Below, piece by piece: positions 28,960-39,049 of a stretch of 64,000 bases of DNA. Made by a program: the position numbers and the translations under genes. The stretch covers positions 352,001-416,000 of the forward strand of contig CAWIPH010000001.1 in assembly GCA_963837955.1 (NCBI GenBank), given 5' to 3'. Under the pieces are notes generated by a model. That model had not been told where the DNA came from, searched no databases, and worked only from the letters and a program-made list of their open reading frames with translations. Within the stretch, counting starts at the first letter, position 1. Each line of letters opens with the position of its first letter. The stretch is from an uncultured Verrucomicrobiae bacterium (lineage in GTDB: Bacteria; Verrucomicrobiota; Verrucomicrobiia; Chthoniobacterales; JAFAMB01).

Positions 28960-29766
28960 TCAAGACGAACTCTTGGCTGCGAGAGCTGCTTCATCTCGAT
29001 GGCGTTTGCGCTCAATGAACCCAGCCAACACAATGCAGACCTCGTAAAGGAGATACATCGGCGTACCCATCATTGCCATGGAAAGAGCATCAGGAACCGG
29101 CGCCAGGAAAGCTGCGGCCAAGAAGATTAGAAGGAAAGCGTAAGCGCGAGTCCGCCGGAGCAAGGCGACGGAAACAATCCCGAGTCGTACCAGCACCAGA
29201 ACCACTACCGGCAGCTCAAACGCAATCCCAAAGCCGACGCAGCATTGTGTTACAAAAGAAAAATATTCTCTGACATTCCAGGTCGGCGCCCAGTGCATGT
29301 TCATTGCGTCGTGAAAAAAGAAACGGAGCGTCGGAGGTAGAACCAAATAATAAGAGAAGAAAACGCCCGCGAGGAAGAGACCGAATCCGATCAGCACGGC
29401 CGGTAGCATGGCTTTCTGTTCCTGCGCAGTTAGCGCAGGCAGAACAAATCCTCCGGCAAAATAGATCAAGAACGGGAAGGCGATCACGATGCCGGCATAA
29501 AACGCTAGCTGAAAAGAAATGGTCATGGAATCGGCGACTCCGAACGAGACCAACGTCCGGACAAGATTCGGATCCAATGATGCCAGGGGTGCCTGCATTA
29601 TCTGAGCTAGTTGACTCCGAAAGCAAAATGCCAGCGCCATCGCGATACCCAGCGAGAGAGCCATTTTGATGATGACCCAGCGAAGATCTTCCAAGTGATC
29701 CAGAAAAGGTTTGACTGCCTCTGGATCGGTCCCTTCCCGAAACTTGAAGAGGTTGGAAAATTTCAT
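28960..29766 (-). CDS. tatC: Twin-arginine translocase subunit TatC
   Basis: PFLDHLEDLR, FVLPALT..E, GIAFELP and MYLLYE. Confidence 0.93.
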   Translation of the reverse strand: MKFSNLFKFREGTDPEAVKPFLDHLEDLRWVIIKMALSLGIAMALAFCFRSQLAQIMQAPLASLDPNLVRTLVSFGVADSMTISFQLAFYAGIVIAFPFLIYFAGGFVLPALTAQEQKAMLPAVLIGFGLFLAGVFFSYYLVLPPTLRFFFHDAMNMHWAPTWNVREYFSFVTQCCVGFGIAFELPVVVLVLVRLGIVSVALLRRTRAYAFLLIFLAAAFLAPVPDALSMAMMGTPMYLLYEVCIVLAGFIERKRHRDEAALAAKSSS

Positions 29767-29781
29767 TGGGTTCTCGCTTAT

Positions 29782-30363
29782 CTACGCGATCAGTCCACGC
29801 GCACAGAGCCGCGCGAAGAGAGAAAGCGTGTTGGCATCCCGAATGATGTTCTGGGCCACCATAGAACGCAACTGCTCGAGCGTGAATTCGCGTGCCTCCG
29901 CAATCAGCTCGCTGCTGTCGAGCCGAGCGCCGCTTCCATTTGGACGAACCGGGCGGGCGACGAAAAGATGTGGCTGCTCGTCGGTAAAGCCTTGGGAAGC
30001 ATAGTAGTGTCCTAAATCGATTAGCTCGCCGGCGCTACCAAGCTCGTAACCAGTTTCTTCGGTTAACTCGCGCAGCGCTGTCGCTTTCAGAGTTTCGAGG
30101 TCCGGTTCCATCGAATCGTCCACCTGACCCGCTGGAAATTCCCACAGCCAGGCGCGTACCGGAATCCTAGCTTGGTGAACGAGAACGAACTGGCCGCTCT
30201 GCGTGATGGGACAAACCACCACCGCCTTTTTCCGGCGAACAACGGTCCAGTCCCGGATTTCACTTGTCCCTCCGACGGCAACCCTCTCCTGGCGAACTTC
30301 TAGATAGGGATTACGGAAGAGCGTGTGAGATTCCAGCAGGTGCCATCCTTCTTCGTTAGTCAC
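29782..30363 (-). CDS. NUDIX hydrolase (ADP-ribose pyrophosphatase-like)
   Basis: WEFPAGQVD...ALRELTEETGY. Confidence 0.9.
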   Translation of the reverse strand: MTNEEGWHLLESHTLFRNPYLEVRQERVAVGGTSEIRDWTVVRRKKAVVVCPITQSGQFVLVHQARIPVRAWLWEFPAGQVDDSMEPDLETLKATALRELTEETGYELGSAGELIDLGHYYASQGFTDEQPHLFVARPVRPNGSGARLDSSELIAEAREFTLEQLRSMVAQNIIRDANTLSLFARLCARGLIA

Positions 30364-31723
30364 GGAGCCTTGCGTCCCACGCTTCTAATTCAACCGCAAC
30401 ATTTTTCGGTGAAGGAGCACCCACCGCGGTTCGACTCTGAAGGGCGTGATCCAGATTCAGTACCTTGAAGACATCCTCGGCAAAGCTATCGCTGAACTGT
30501 TGGTATTCCGATAATGTCAGTTCCGTAAAAGGCCGCTGGTGTTGGATCGAGAAAGCCACCAGCTTGCCGATGATTTCATGGGCTTGCCGAAACGGAATAC
30601 CGCGCTTGACCAGATAATCCGCCAAATCGGTAGCTAACAAGCCGGGATCACTCGCAGCGCTGAGCATGCGTTCAGAGTCGATCTCAATCTCCCGGATCAT
30701 GCCAGCGAAGACCTCGAGTGCGTTCGAGACTTGGTCCAGGGAATCAAAAACTGCCTCTTTGTCTTCCTGTAGATCACGATTATAAGTCATCGGTAATCCC
30801 TTCAAATTTGTGAGCAGAGCGACCAGGTTGCCGATCAATCTTCCTGATTTCCCGCGAGTCAGTTCGCACACGTCGGGATTCTTCTTTTGCGGCATCAGGC
30901 TTGAACCGGTGCTATACGCATCGCTGATTCGGAGAAAACGGAATTCGGCGGATGCGAAGAGAATCAGATCCTCGCTTAACCGCGACAAATGAACCCCGAT
31001 CAGGGAAAGCACAAAAAGAAATTCGGCTACGAAATCGCGGTCACTGACCGCATCCATACTGTTGTGGGTTATTTCCGGAAAATCGAGTAGTTCCGCAATG
31101 TAGGCTCGGTCGAGTTCAATCGTGGAACCGGCAATAGCGCCGGAACCGAGAGGCATCCGGTTAATTCGCCTTCGCGCATCCCGGAGCCGTTCTCTATCGC
31201 GTTCGAGCATCTCTACATATGCGAGCAGATGATGGGCGAAAAGAACCGGCTGAGCGCGCTGCAGATGTGTGTACCCGGGCAGAATTGCCGAGGTATTTTT
31301 CTTGGCAAGTTCCACGAGAGCGCGCTGCAACTCGCGGGTGTGCACGTCAACGACATCCGATTCGTGTCGCAAATAGAGGCGCAGATCCAGAGCGACCTGA
31401 TCGTTGCGGCTTCGCGCTGTATGAAGCTTTGCTCCGGCCGGCCCGATGCGCTCGGTCAGGGCCGCCTCGATATTCATGTGGACGTCTTCCAGCTCGATGC
31501 GGAAAGAAAACTTCCCTTCGGAAATCTCCGCTTCAATTTGGCAAAGGCCATTCTCGATTTGGTTAAGCTCCTCGGTAGTCAGAATCCCGGCTCTGGCGAG
31601 CGCCTTGGCATGAGCGATCGAGCCTAAAATATCAAATCGATAAAGTCGCCAATCGAAAGAAATCGACTCCGAGAATCGCTGCAAAGCAGGCGCTGTCTCC
31701 TGCTGAAACCTTCCTTTCCACAT
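30356..31723 (-). CDS. argH: Argininosuccinate lyase
   Basis: HTARSRNDQV, PGYTHLQRAQP and GSSLMPQKKNPD. Confidence 0.98.
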   Translation of the reverse strand: MWKGRFQQETAPALQRFSESISFDWRLYRFDILGSIAHAKALARAGILTTEELNQIENGLCQIEAEISEGKFSFRIELEDVHMNIEAALTERIGPAGAKLHTARSRNDQVALDLRLYLRHESDVVDVHTRELQRALVELAKKNTSAILPGYTHLQRAQPVLFAHHLLAYVEMLERDRERLRDARRRINRMPLGSGAIAGSTIELDRAYIAELLDFPEITHNSMDAVSDRDFVAEFLFVLSLIGVHLSRLSEDLILFASAEFRFLRISDAYSTGSSLMPQKKNPDVCELTRGKSGRLIGNLVALLTNLKGLPMTYNRDLQEDKEAVFDSLDQVSNALEVFAGMIREIEIDSERMLSAASDPGLLATDLADYLVKRGIPFRQAHEIIGKLVAFSIQHQRPFTELTLSEYQQFSDSFAEDVFKVLNLDHALQSRTAVGAPSPKNVAVELEAWDARLRD

Positions 31724-31782
31724 TGCGGAAGGAATCTGCCGGAGAGGAGACTAGAAGCAAGAGCGGATATGGCCTCAACACG

Positions 31783-31957
31783 GATTAGGTAGGGCGAAAG
31801 CCTGATCCCGTCTCAGCGGGATCGGCTTGAGCCGGTTCTGGTTTCGCCAAGGATATTGCAATAGAAATCGATGCCGCGCGCGGCTCAAACCCGGCGCGAT
31901 CCACTCGAACGACAGGCAAACGTTTCCAGCGCGCCGAGGTTTTCGCCCTACCTAATC
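31783..31957. repeat. GTAG-REP doublet with extended arms (related to 38265-38525)
   Basis: Terminal inverted repeat GATTAGGTAGGGCGAAA/TTTCGCCCTACCTAATC with internal stems. Confidence 0.85.
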
Positions 31958-31969
31958 GGCATTCCCGCC

Positions 31970-32998
31970 TCAATCCCGGCGCAACACAATCTTCCCAAAA
32001 TGTTTCCCGGCTTCGAGTTTGCGAAATGCCTCAGCCGCTTTGCTCCATGGAAATACTGAATCGATAATCGGATGCAGTTCTTCTTTGGCCACGAGAAACT
32101 CGTTCATCTTTTCGAAGGATTCACGACTTCCAACGGTCAGGGACTCCACTCTGGCATTGCGAACAATGAAGGTGAGCTGATCAATCGTCGTTTCGGTGCC
32201 ACTCAGCATGCCGACCACGGCGATGAAACCGCCTCCTTTCAGGGCTTTGATTGATTGATCAAGCGTGTCTGGCCCGCCGACATCAATAGCATGATCGACA
32301 CCATGCCCGCCGGTCAGTTCTCGGACTTCTTTCCACCAGACCGGGTTCTTGCGGTAGTTGATCGTGGCGTCCGCACCGAGCTTCTTTGCCCGGACAAGTT
32401 TTTCGTCGCTGCTCGATAGGACGATAACGTGCGCGCCGAATAGTTTCGCGAACTGAAGAGCGAAGATGGAGACTCCGCCTGTCCCTTGGACCAACAATGT
32501 CTGGCCTTCTTGCAGTGGCTTCAATGTAAGTGCTTGCCAGGCCGTGAGGGCAGCGATCGGGAGGGTCGACGCCTCATCGTCAGTCAAGTAGCCCGGCGTG
32601 TGAACGAACGCACGTTCAGCTAGACTAATGTATTCGGTCAGTGTGCCTGGTCCGGGAACACCGAGGCTGGTAGCCAAATACGTCGCGCCTAAATAAGCTT
32701 CCTCAAACGGCCCTTTCTCCCAATCCTGGATGAACTGGGTAGTGACTCGGTCCCCTTTCTTGAATCGGTTAACCTGTTCACCAACGGCGATGACTTCTCC
32801 GGAGGCGTCGGAAGCAGGAACAAATGGGAAAGCCAGGTCGGGGAAGAATACGCCGTTCACGACCATGAGATCGCGATAATTGAGCGACACCGAGTTGATC
32901 TTTACCAGCACATCGCCGGGTCCCGGTTGAGGTTGCGGGCGATCAGTGATGCGTAAGGAATCGGTTCCGAAAGCGTTGTGGACTTCGATAGTTTTCAT
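31970..32998 (-). CDS. NAD(P)-dependent MDR alcohol dehydrogenase/quinone reductase-like protein
   Basis: VSLNYRDL, PASDASG, QGTGGVS and GKHFGKIVL. Confidence 0.92.
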   Translation of the reverse strand: MKTIEVHNAFGTDSLRITDRPQPQPGPGDVLVKINSVSLNYRDLMVVNGVFFPDLAFPFVPASDASGEVIAVGEQVNRFKKGDRVTTQFIQDWEKGPFEEAYLGATYLATSLGVPGPGTLTEYISLAERAFVHTPGYLTDDEASTLPIAALTAWQALTLKPLQEGQTLLVQGTGGVSIFALQFAKLFGAHVIVLSSSDEKLVRAKKLGADATINYRKNPVWWKEVRELTGGHGVDHAIDVGGPDTLDQSIKALKGGGFIAVVGMLSGTETTIDQLTFIVRNARVESLTVGSRESFEKMNEFLVAKEELHPIIDSVFPWSKAAEAFRKLEAGKHFGKIVLRRD

Positions 32999-33437
32999 TC
33001 TGTGATAGGTGCCCAAACGCTATGACCCTGGCGGAAGGCGTTCCAATACTGCGATGGAATTGTTCGATAATCGGGATGCATAGTTGCGCGATGCTCCGAG
33101 AATAACGCCGGAAACGCCGTCATCGCCGGGAACGCCGGGAACGAATAAGCGCCTGGCGGCCGCGATTAAGCAATCGCGAATTTGGATCGCACACTCCGCA
33201 CTGTGCATTCGGCAATTTGGGAGCCGGGCAAGTACTTCTGCTTCGCCGAACAACCCGCGTTTGTTTGTCTTACTAATCACTAATCACCTCTCACCAATCA
33301 CGCTTCGAATCACTGAGGCTGGAGCATCATTGATAGGCGTTCACCGATCCACATCGAAGGTAGCTGACTCTGTTACACTTCGTTCTTGCAAACTTGGTCG
33401 TGCGCAGGATGATTCGCGATAACGAAACGAGTCGATC

Positions 33438-34355
33438 ATGGAACTGCGACATTTGCGCGCGCTGCTGGTCCTGGCCGAAGAATTGCACTTCGGCCGAGCT
33501 GCCGATCGGCTAGGAATAGCCCAGCCGGCGCTAAGTCGGCAAATCCAGCAATTGGAGACGGAACTACAGACTCCACTTTTTAAGCGTTCTTCCCGAGCTG
33601 TTTCGCTTACCGATGCGGGACGTGAGTTTGTTGAAAATATCAGTCCGGCGATTCGACAGATAGAAGACGCCGCCGCGGGCGCGACGAATTTTGCGCGAGC
33701 TAAGCGAGGAAGGCTTCGCGTCGGTTCTTCGTGCAATCTTTCCTCCGATTTTATCCCGGAGCTCGTACAAAGGCTTAATCAGGAGTCGCCGCTAGTAAGA
33801 ATCGATGTAAGAGGGCTGTCCGTAGCTGAACAGATTCGGACTTTGCACGCCGCCGAAATCGATGTCGGGTTAGCTACTCTGCCGATCAATGATCCATCGC
33901 TGATCGTTCGCCGCATTTTCAGTGAGCCTCTAATACTGATGGTTCAAAGCGAGAGCGAGTTCGCTCAAAGGACATCCATTCGTCTCCGCGATCTTGCGAA
34001 ACAACGGTTTATCATGTGTCCGCGTTATCGCCAAACCGGCTTTCACGAAATGATCATCGAGCTTGCAGGAAAGGCGGGCTTTCGGCCTCGAATTGCCAAC
34101 GAAGTCGACGCGCCATCGACAGCCGCTGCGCTGGTTGAGCGTGGTCTGGGCGTAGCCTTGGTACCTCTGTCGGAGTCATTGACGGTATCGGAGCGTATCC
34201 GATGTATCCCGATCGGTAACCCTGCTCTTTTCATCGACATCGGCGTCGTTTGGCGTCGAGAAAATATGTCGCCCGTGGTCCGCTGGTTTATCGATTGCTC
34301 CGTTCGATTAGGACGAGAATTGGCGGCAAAGCGATCGCCAAAGCTGGTGGCGTGA
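33438..34355 (+). CDS. LysR family transcriptional regulator
   Basis: MELRHL..LAEELHFGRAA...AQPALSRQI; divergent from the dehydrogenase gene. Confidence 0.95.
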   Translation: MELRHLRALLVLAEELHFGRAADRLGIAQPALSRQIQQLETELQTPLFKRSSRAVSLTDAGREFVENISPAIRQIEDAAAGATNFARAKRGRLRVGSSCNLSSDFIPELVQRLNQESPLVRIDVRGLSVAEQIRTLHAAEIDVGLATLPINDPSLIVRRIFSEPLILMVQSESEFAQRTSIRLRDLAKQRFIMCPRYRQTGFHEMIIELAGKAGFRPRIANEVDAPSTAAALVERGLGVALVPLSESLTVSERIRCIPIGNPALFIDIGVVWRRENMSPVVRWFIDCSVRLGRELAAKRSPKLVA

Positions 34356-34356
34356 G

Positions 34357-34521
34357 GGGTAGGGCGAAACACGCCCTCGGCTGGTAGGGCGATACACACC
34401 GCGAGCGACAGCGAGCTAAGGTGTGTGAGCCTAACGTGGGGTGACACAAGGCTCACAGTCCGGCGCATAATCATATGGCCCATCGCACGTTATGAGGCCA
34501 AGGGCGTGTATCGCCCTACCC
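34357..34521. repeat. Nested GTAG-REP element (related to 24644-24862)
   Basis: GGGTAGGGCGAAACACGCCCT, internal GGTAGGGCGATACACACC..GGTGTGTGAGCC, and end AGGGCGTGTATCGCCCTACCC. Confidence 0.75.
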
Positions 34522-34530
34522 GTCAGCGAT

Positions 34531-35778
34531 TCAGCTAACAACGCTCTTGGCGAAGCTAGGGATTTCCTCAGCCAAACCAAATCCTGCGTGGACCAGATTA
34601 GCACCTTCATCAACGCGCTCCTCATCCACAATAACCGAGATCTTGATTTCTGAGGTGGTAATCATCTGAATATTGATGCCGGCTTCCCCCAGCAGCTCGA
34701 ACATTTTTGCGGCAACTCCGGAATGAGATCGCATTCCTATCCCGACAACGCTCAGTTTGGCAATTCCACCCTGCGCAGAGAAGCTGTGAGCTCCAATCTC
34801 GCCAACGAGCGGACCGAGCAAACGATTGATCTTGGGTAGCTCATCCGAATGAGTCGTAAACGAAATATCGGTTGAGCCGTCTGCGGAGACGTTCTGAACA
34901 ATCATATCGACGTTGATGCCGGCTCCAGCAATAGCCGTAAAGACGCGTGACGCGACTCCTGGTCGGTCCGGAACCCGGCTAACTGTCACTTTTGCTTGGC
35001 GGCGATCGACGCTGACGCCGCGAATGACCACCTTCTCCATTCCACTTGTTTCGTCTTTCACGATAGTCCCTGGTTCGTCGTTAAAACTACTGCGTACCTC
35101 GAAAATGACCCCAAATTTTTTAGCAAATTCCACCGCCCGCGATTGCATCACCCTGGATCCGAGACTCGCCATCTCGAGCATTTCGTCGTACGAGACTTCG
35201 GCGATTTTGCGCGCATTGGGAACGCTGCGAGGATCAGCGGTATAGACGCCGTCCACATCGGTACAGATCTGGCAAAGGTCGGCCCCCAAGGCAGCGGCTA
35301 AAGCGATCGCCGTCAGGTCTGAACCACCACGGCCAAGAGTTGTGATGTGACCCTCCAGACTTTCGCCCTGGAATCCGGCGACGATGACGATATGCCCGCT
35401 CTCGAGCAATCGATGGACTCGCTTTGGAGAAATGTTGGAGATCTTTGCTTTGGTGTGAACGCCGTCCGTGACAATACCGGCCTGCGCCCCGGTCAAAGAA
35501 ACGGCATTCCCGCCGATCGCGTTGATGGCCATTGCGGTGAGCGCTATCGTGGTCTGCTCACCGGTGGCCAGCAGCATATCCATCTCTCTTTCACTGGGAT
35601 GATCTGCCACTTGGCCAGCCAGCCGAATCAAATTGTCGGTTACACCAGACATTGCCGATACCACGACCACGATTTGGTCCCCGGCCGCCTGCGCTCTGAG
35701 GATGCGTCGAGCAACGTTCAGGATGCGTTCCGGGGTCCCGACAGAGGTTCCCCCATATTTCTGAACGATCAGGCTCAT
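34531..35778 (-). CDS. lysC: Aspartate kinase
   Basis: VQKYGGTSV, TLGRGGSD, TDVDGVYTADPR and two ACT domains. Confidence 0.96.
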   Translation of the reverse strand: MSLIVQKYGGTSVGTPERILNVARRILRAQAAGDQIVVVVSAMSGVTDNLIRLAGQVADHPSEREMDMLLATGEQTTIALTAMAINAIGGNAVSLTGAQAGIVTDGVHTKAKISNISPKRVHRLLESGHIVIVAGFQGESLEGHITTLGRGGSDLTAIALAAALGADLCQICTDVDGVYTADPRSVPNARKIAEVSYDEMLEMASLGSRVMQSRAVEFAKKFGVIFEVRSSFNDEPGTIVKDETSGMEKVVIRGVSVDRRQAKVTVSRVPDRPGVASRVFTAIAGAGINVDMIVQNVSADGSTDISFTTHSDELPKINRLLGPLVGEIGAHSFSAQGGIAKLSVVGIGMRSHSGVAAKMFELLGEAGINIQMITTSEIKISVIVDEERVDEGANLVHAGFGLAEEIPSFAKSVVS

Positions 35779-36866
35779 AGGAACCGACAGACCGCGGCCT
35801 TATCTGCGGGCGCCTGGTACGGTTCAATCCCGCGATCTATTACGCTCGCGACATCTTTGAGTCCGTGCCCCGTAAGCGTCACAGCGACCTTGGCGCCGTC
35901 CGGTATGCCGGATATTGGGCAATTCTGGCAGCGTTGTTTTGCATCTGCACACTTCAATAGACCGGCAACGGCGGCAGCGCTTGCCGGTTCGACGAATAGA
36001 CCTTCTTCCGAACCAAGCCAGCGTTGAGCCGCAAAGATCTGATCGTCTGTAACGATGTCTATGGCGCCTCGCGATTCCAGGAGCGCCGCTTTGGCTCGAG
36101 TACGGCTCGCCGGATTGCCGATGCGAATCGCCGAGGCTGCGGTTTCGGGGTGCTCAATTATTCGATCGTAAAACAGAGGAGCGGCTCCAAACGCCTGAAA
36201 TCCGATCATGCGTGGAGTAGTCCGAATATGGCCTAGGTGATGGTATTCGGTGTATCCTTTCCAGTAGGCAGTAATGTTGCCAGCATTACCAACCGGAAGG
36301 ACATGCGCAAAAGGCGCTTCCCCGAGCGCATCCGCAATCTCAAACGCGGCCGTCTTTTGGCCTTCCAATCGATAGGGGTTAATGGAATTAACAACGCCAA
36401 TGCCCGGCTCTGATTGAAGTTCGCGGACGACGCGTAAACAAGAGTCAAAATTTCCGTCGATGGCGATGACCTTCGCACCATAGACGAAGGCTTGCGCCAG
36501 CTTTCCTAACGCGATGTTACCCTTCGGGACAAGCACTACGCATTGGACGCCGGCCCGGGCTGCGTAGGCGGCTGCCGAAGCCGATGTATTGCCCGTGGAA
36601 GCGCAGATCAAGGTGGTGACACCGGTTTCGGCGGCTTTGCTGACTGCGACTGTCATCCCACGGTCTTTGAAGGATCCGGTCGGATTGAGCCCTTCATATT
36701 TCAGAAATACCTGGCACCGATTGCCCAGAAGGGCTCCCAGCTTCGGGGACTCGATCAAGGGAGTCGAGCCTTCGCCAAGTGTTATTACAGGGGTGGCGTC
36801 CGTGACCGGAAGCAGGCTCCGGTATCGGTCGATTACCCCGACGCGCTGATCTGGTCCGGGATTCAT
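35775..36866 (-). CDS. thrC: Threonine synthase
   Basis: NPTGSFKDRG, ASTGNTS and PVGNAGN. Confidence 0.95.
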   Translation of the reverse strand: MNPGPDQRVGVIDRYRSLLPVTDATPVITLGEGSTPLIESPKLGALLGNRCQVFLKYEGLNPTGSFKDRGMTVAVSKAAETGVTTLICASTGNTSASAAAYAARAGVQCVVLVPKGNIALGKLAQAFVYGAKVIAIDGNFDSCLRVVRELQSEPGIGVVNSINPYRLEGQKTAAFEIADALGEAPFAHVLPVGNAGNITAYWKGYTEYHHLGHIRTTPRMIGFQAFGAAPLFYDRIIEHPETAASAIRIGNPASRTRAKAALLESRGAIDIVTDDQIFAAQRWLGSEEGLFVEPASAAAVAGLLKCADAKQRCQNCPISGIPDGAKVAVTLTGHGLKDVASVIDRGIEPYQAPADKAAVCRFL

Positions 36867-38152
36867 GATAGAATCCAAAGCAACACTGGCGCCGCCTTCA
36901 CGCATTCGAGGCTACTCATCATCTCCACCGCGTCTCGCATGCGGCCAAACGGGGCGTTGTGGATCATTAGGACGAGCGGTACGGCCGTCTCGTCATGACT
37001 TTCGGGTTGGATCACAGAAGAGATGCCAATATCGTGCGACCCGAGTATGCTGGCGATTTGCGCCAAGACGCCGGGGCGATCATCAACCGTAAGACGCAAA
37101 TAGAATCCAGAAAGCAGTTCTTCTACCGGCAGACATTTCCCATACAATCCGTGCGGGGTAAACCCGAACGCTTTGCCTCCGGAATCAATCCAGATAGCCG
37201 CTTGGGCCAGGTCACTAATAACGGCACTCGCAGTAGGGTCTTGCCCTGCTCCGCGCCCATAGAACAACGTGTCACCGACGATATCGCCCCGTACCATCAA
37301 AGCGTTGAACACTCCGTTGACCGATGCGAGGACGTGGCCCTTCGGTACAAGCGTCGGATTCACCCGAACTTCAATCGACGAAGTCGCGTCGACTCGGATA
37401 GTTGCCACCAATTTAATTCGATATCCCAGATTTTCGGCAAACCGAATGTCGGCTGCCGAAACCTTCTCGATCCCTTCCACATAAATATGACGCGTGTCTA
37501 CCCAGAATCCGTATGCTAACGAGGCTAGTATGATGGCTTTGTGCGCTGCGTCCCCTCCATTGATATCCAGAGTGGGATCGGCTTCAGCATATCCTCCCGC
37601 CTGCGCTTCCCGAAGCGCCTCCGGAAAATCCATTCCGGCGTCTGTCATTCGGGTCAGAATATAGTTGCTGGTACCGTTCAGGATTGCATGGATCGATTGC
37701 AGATGGTTCCCGATAAATCCTTCCCGGATTGACTTGATAATTGGAATCCCGCCCGCTACAGCGGCCTCGAAGAAAACGGGAACGCCAGCTTCGGCGGCTA
37801 GTTCAAAAATCTCCGCGCCCTTTTCGGCCAACAACGCTTTGTTACCAGTGACGACTGGTTTACGTACTTTCAGTGCTCTGCGAAAGAGTTCGTAAGGGAG
37901 GTCGATGCCGCCAATCAATTCGACGACAATGCCGACGGCCGGATCATCCACTAAAGCCTCCCAATGCTTAGTCAGAATTTCTGGCGAAGGTTGCACGCTC
38001 CGCGGCGCCGAAACGTTGCGGACGGCGATTCGACGCACTTCTAGCTCCAATCCGATCCGCTCGGTCAATAAAAGCCGGTTTTGGAGGAGGTGCCGATAAA
38101 CGCCTGCTCCGACCGTGCCTAACCCGGCGAGCCCAATCCCGATCTTTTGCAT
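36863..38152 (-). CDS. hom: Homoserine dehydrogenase
   Basis: GLGTVG, FEAAVAGGIP, NGTSNYIL, GYAEADP and C-terminal ACT domain. Confidence 0.96.
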   Translation of the reverse strand: MQKIGIGLAGLGTVGAGVYRHLLQNRLLLTERIGLELEVRRIAVRNVSAPRSVQPSPEILTKHWEALVDDPAVGIVVELIGGIDLPYELFRRALKVRKPVVTGNKALLAEKGAEIFELAAEAGVPVFFEAAVAGGIPIIKSIREGFIGNHLQSIHAILNGTSNYILTRMTDAGMDFPEALREAQAGGYAEADPTLDINGGDAAHKAIILASLAYGFWVDTRHIYVEGIEKVSAADIRFAENLGYRIKLVATIRVDATSSIEVRVNPTLVPKGHVLASVNGVFNALMVRGDIVGDTLFYGRGAGQDPTASAVISDLAQAAIWIDSGGKAFGFTPHGLYGKCLPVEELLSGFYLRLTVDDRPGVLAQIASILGSHDIGISSVIQPESHDETAVPLVLMIHNAPFGRMRDAVEMMSSLECVKAAPVLLWILS

Positions 38153-38264
38153 AGAGAGGAGGCGCACCTTCGTGGAATCACCATTTCCTGTAAAGTGGGG
38201 AATTGAGAGGGGTGAAGCGCAGGCCAGATTTTCGCCCTGGGGCTGCTTGGCCCACGGACGCCCA

Positions 38265-38525
38265 GATTGGTAGGGCGAAATCCTAATCCCGTCTCCGCCG
38301 TCGCAGCAGTTAGGGGCGGATATACCTGCAGATCGCGATTGCTATGGCGGACAAGTCAGCGGGATTGGCTTGAGCCTTTCGGACCATACCAAAGGCGTTT
38401 CATTTGTTTGCTCACACGATACGGACGAGCACACCGATTGGCCGAACGTGGCTCAAACCCGGCGCGAAGCACACGAACATAGGTGGCAACGTTTCCGGTG
38501 CGCCGAGGTTTTCGCCCTACCGATT
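38265..38525. repeat. GTAG-REP doublet with enlarged arms
   Basis: Same stem bases as 31783-31957 with longer loops. Confidence 0.85.
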
Positions 38526-38698
38526 CTGGACCCATCCACTAGAGTCCCTCCGGGACGACTCTTCTCGGCGTATATCCTTCCTCTTATGTTGAGCGTGTGG
38601 GCTGTCTCCGGAGGAGGCGGCCTGCCCGACTGAATCAAGATTTTTCCCTTTCCTCATCCCGTCCTTTGCACAGAAGTTATGAAAGGCATGCGTTCTCC

Positions 38699-39046
38699 TC
38701 ATTTCACATCGAAAATGATATATCGAGGGTAGCGATCTGACGGCGCCGGCTCGAATTTTCCGCTGACTTCGACTTCTTGGTCGATCTTTTTTTGGAATGA
38801 TTCAAGTTGGCTTTGGGAAAGACCGTACAGCAAAACACCTCGTCTATCGCTCACTCGGTAAGTCTTATCATCCACAGTGATCTCCCCGCGAACCGGCTCG
38901 CCAAAATTCAGACAAATCCAAGCCGGATTTCTTGTCAGCAGCGAACCGTCGATCTTGGCGTGCACGGTCACCCATTTATAAAATGTTACGTCTTTCGCTT
39001 GCGCCAACGAAACCCCCAAGATCAACACGACTAGTATCGCTCTCAA
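38699..39046 (-). CDS. Small exported hypothetical protein
   Basis: Signal peptide (..AILVVLILGVSLAQA-K), beta-rich; 3 bp after the upstream gene; TTG start. Confidence 0.65.
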   Translation of the reverse strand: MRAILVVLILGVSLAQAKDVTFYKWVTVHAKIDGSLLTRNPAWICLNFGEPVRGEITVDDKTYRVSDRRGVLLYGLSQSQLESFQKKIDQEVEVSGKFEPAPSDRYPRYIIFDVK

Positions 39047-39049
39047 TCT

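Noticed and set aside
32671..32700. Small AYLG/TYLA duplication in the MDR dehydrogenase
   Set aside because: Too short to distinguish from chance or a neutral micro-duplication.
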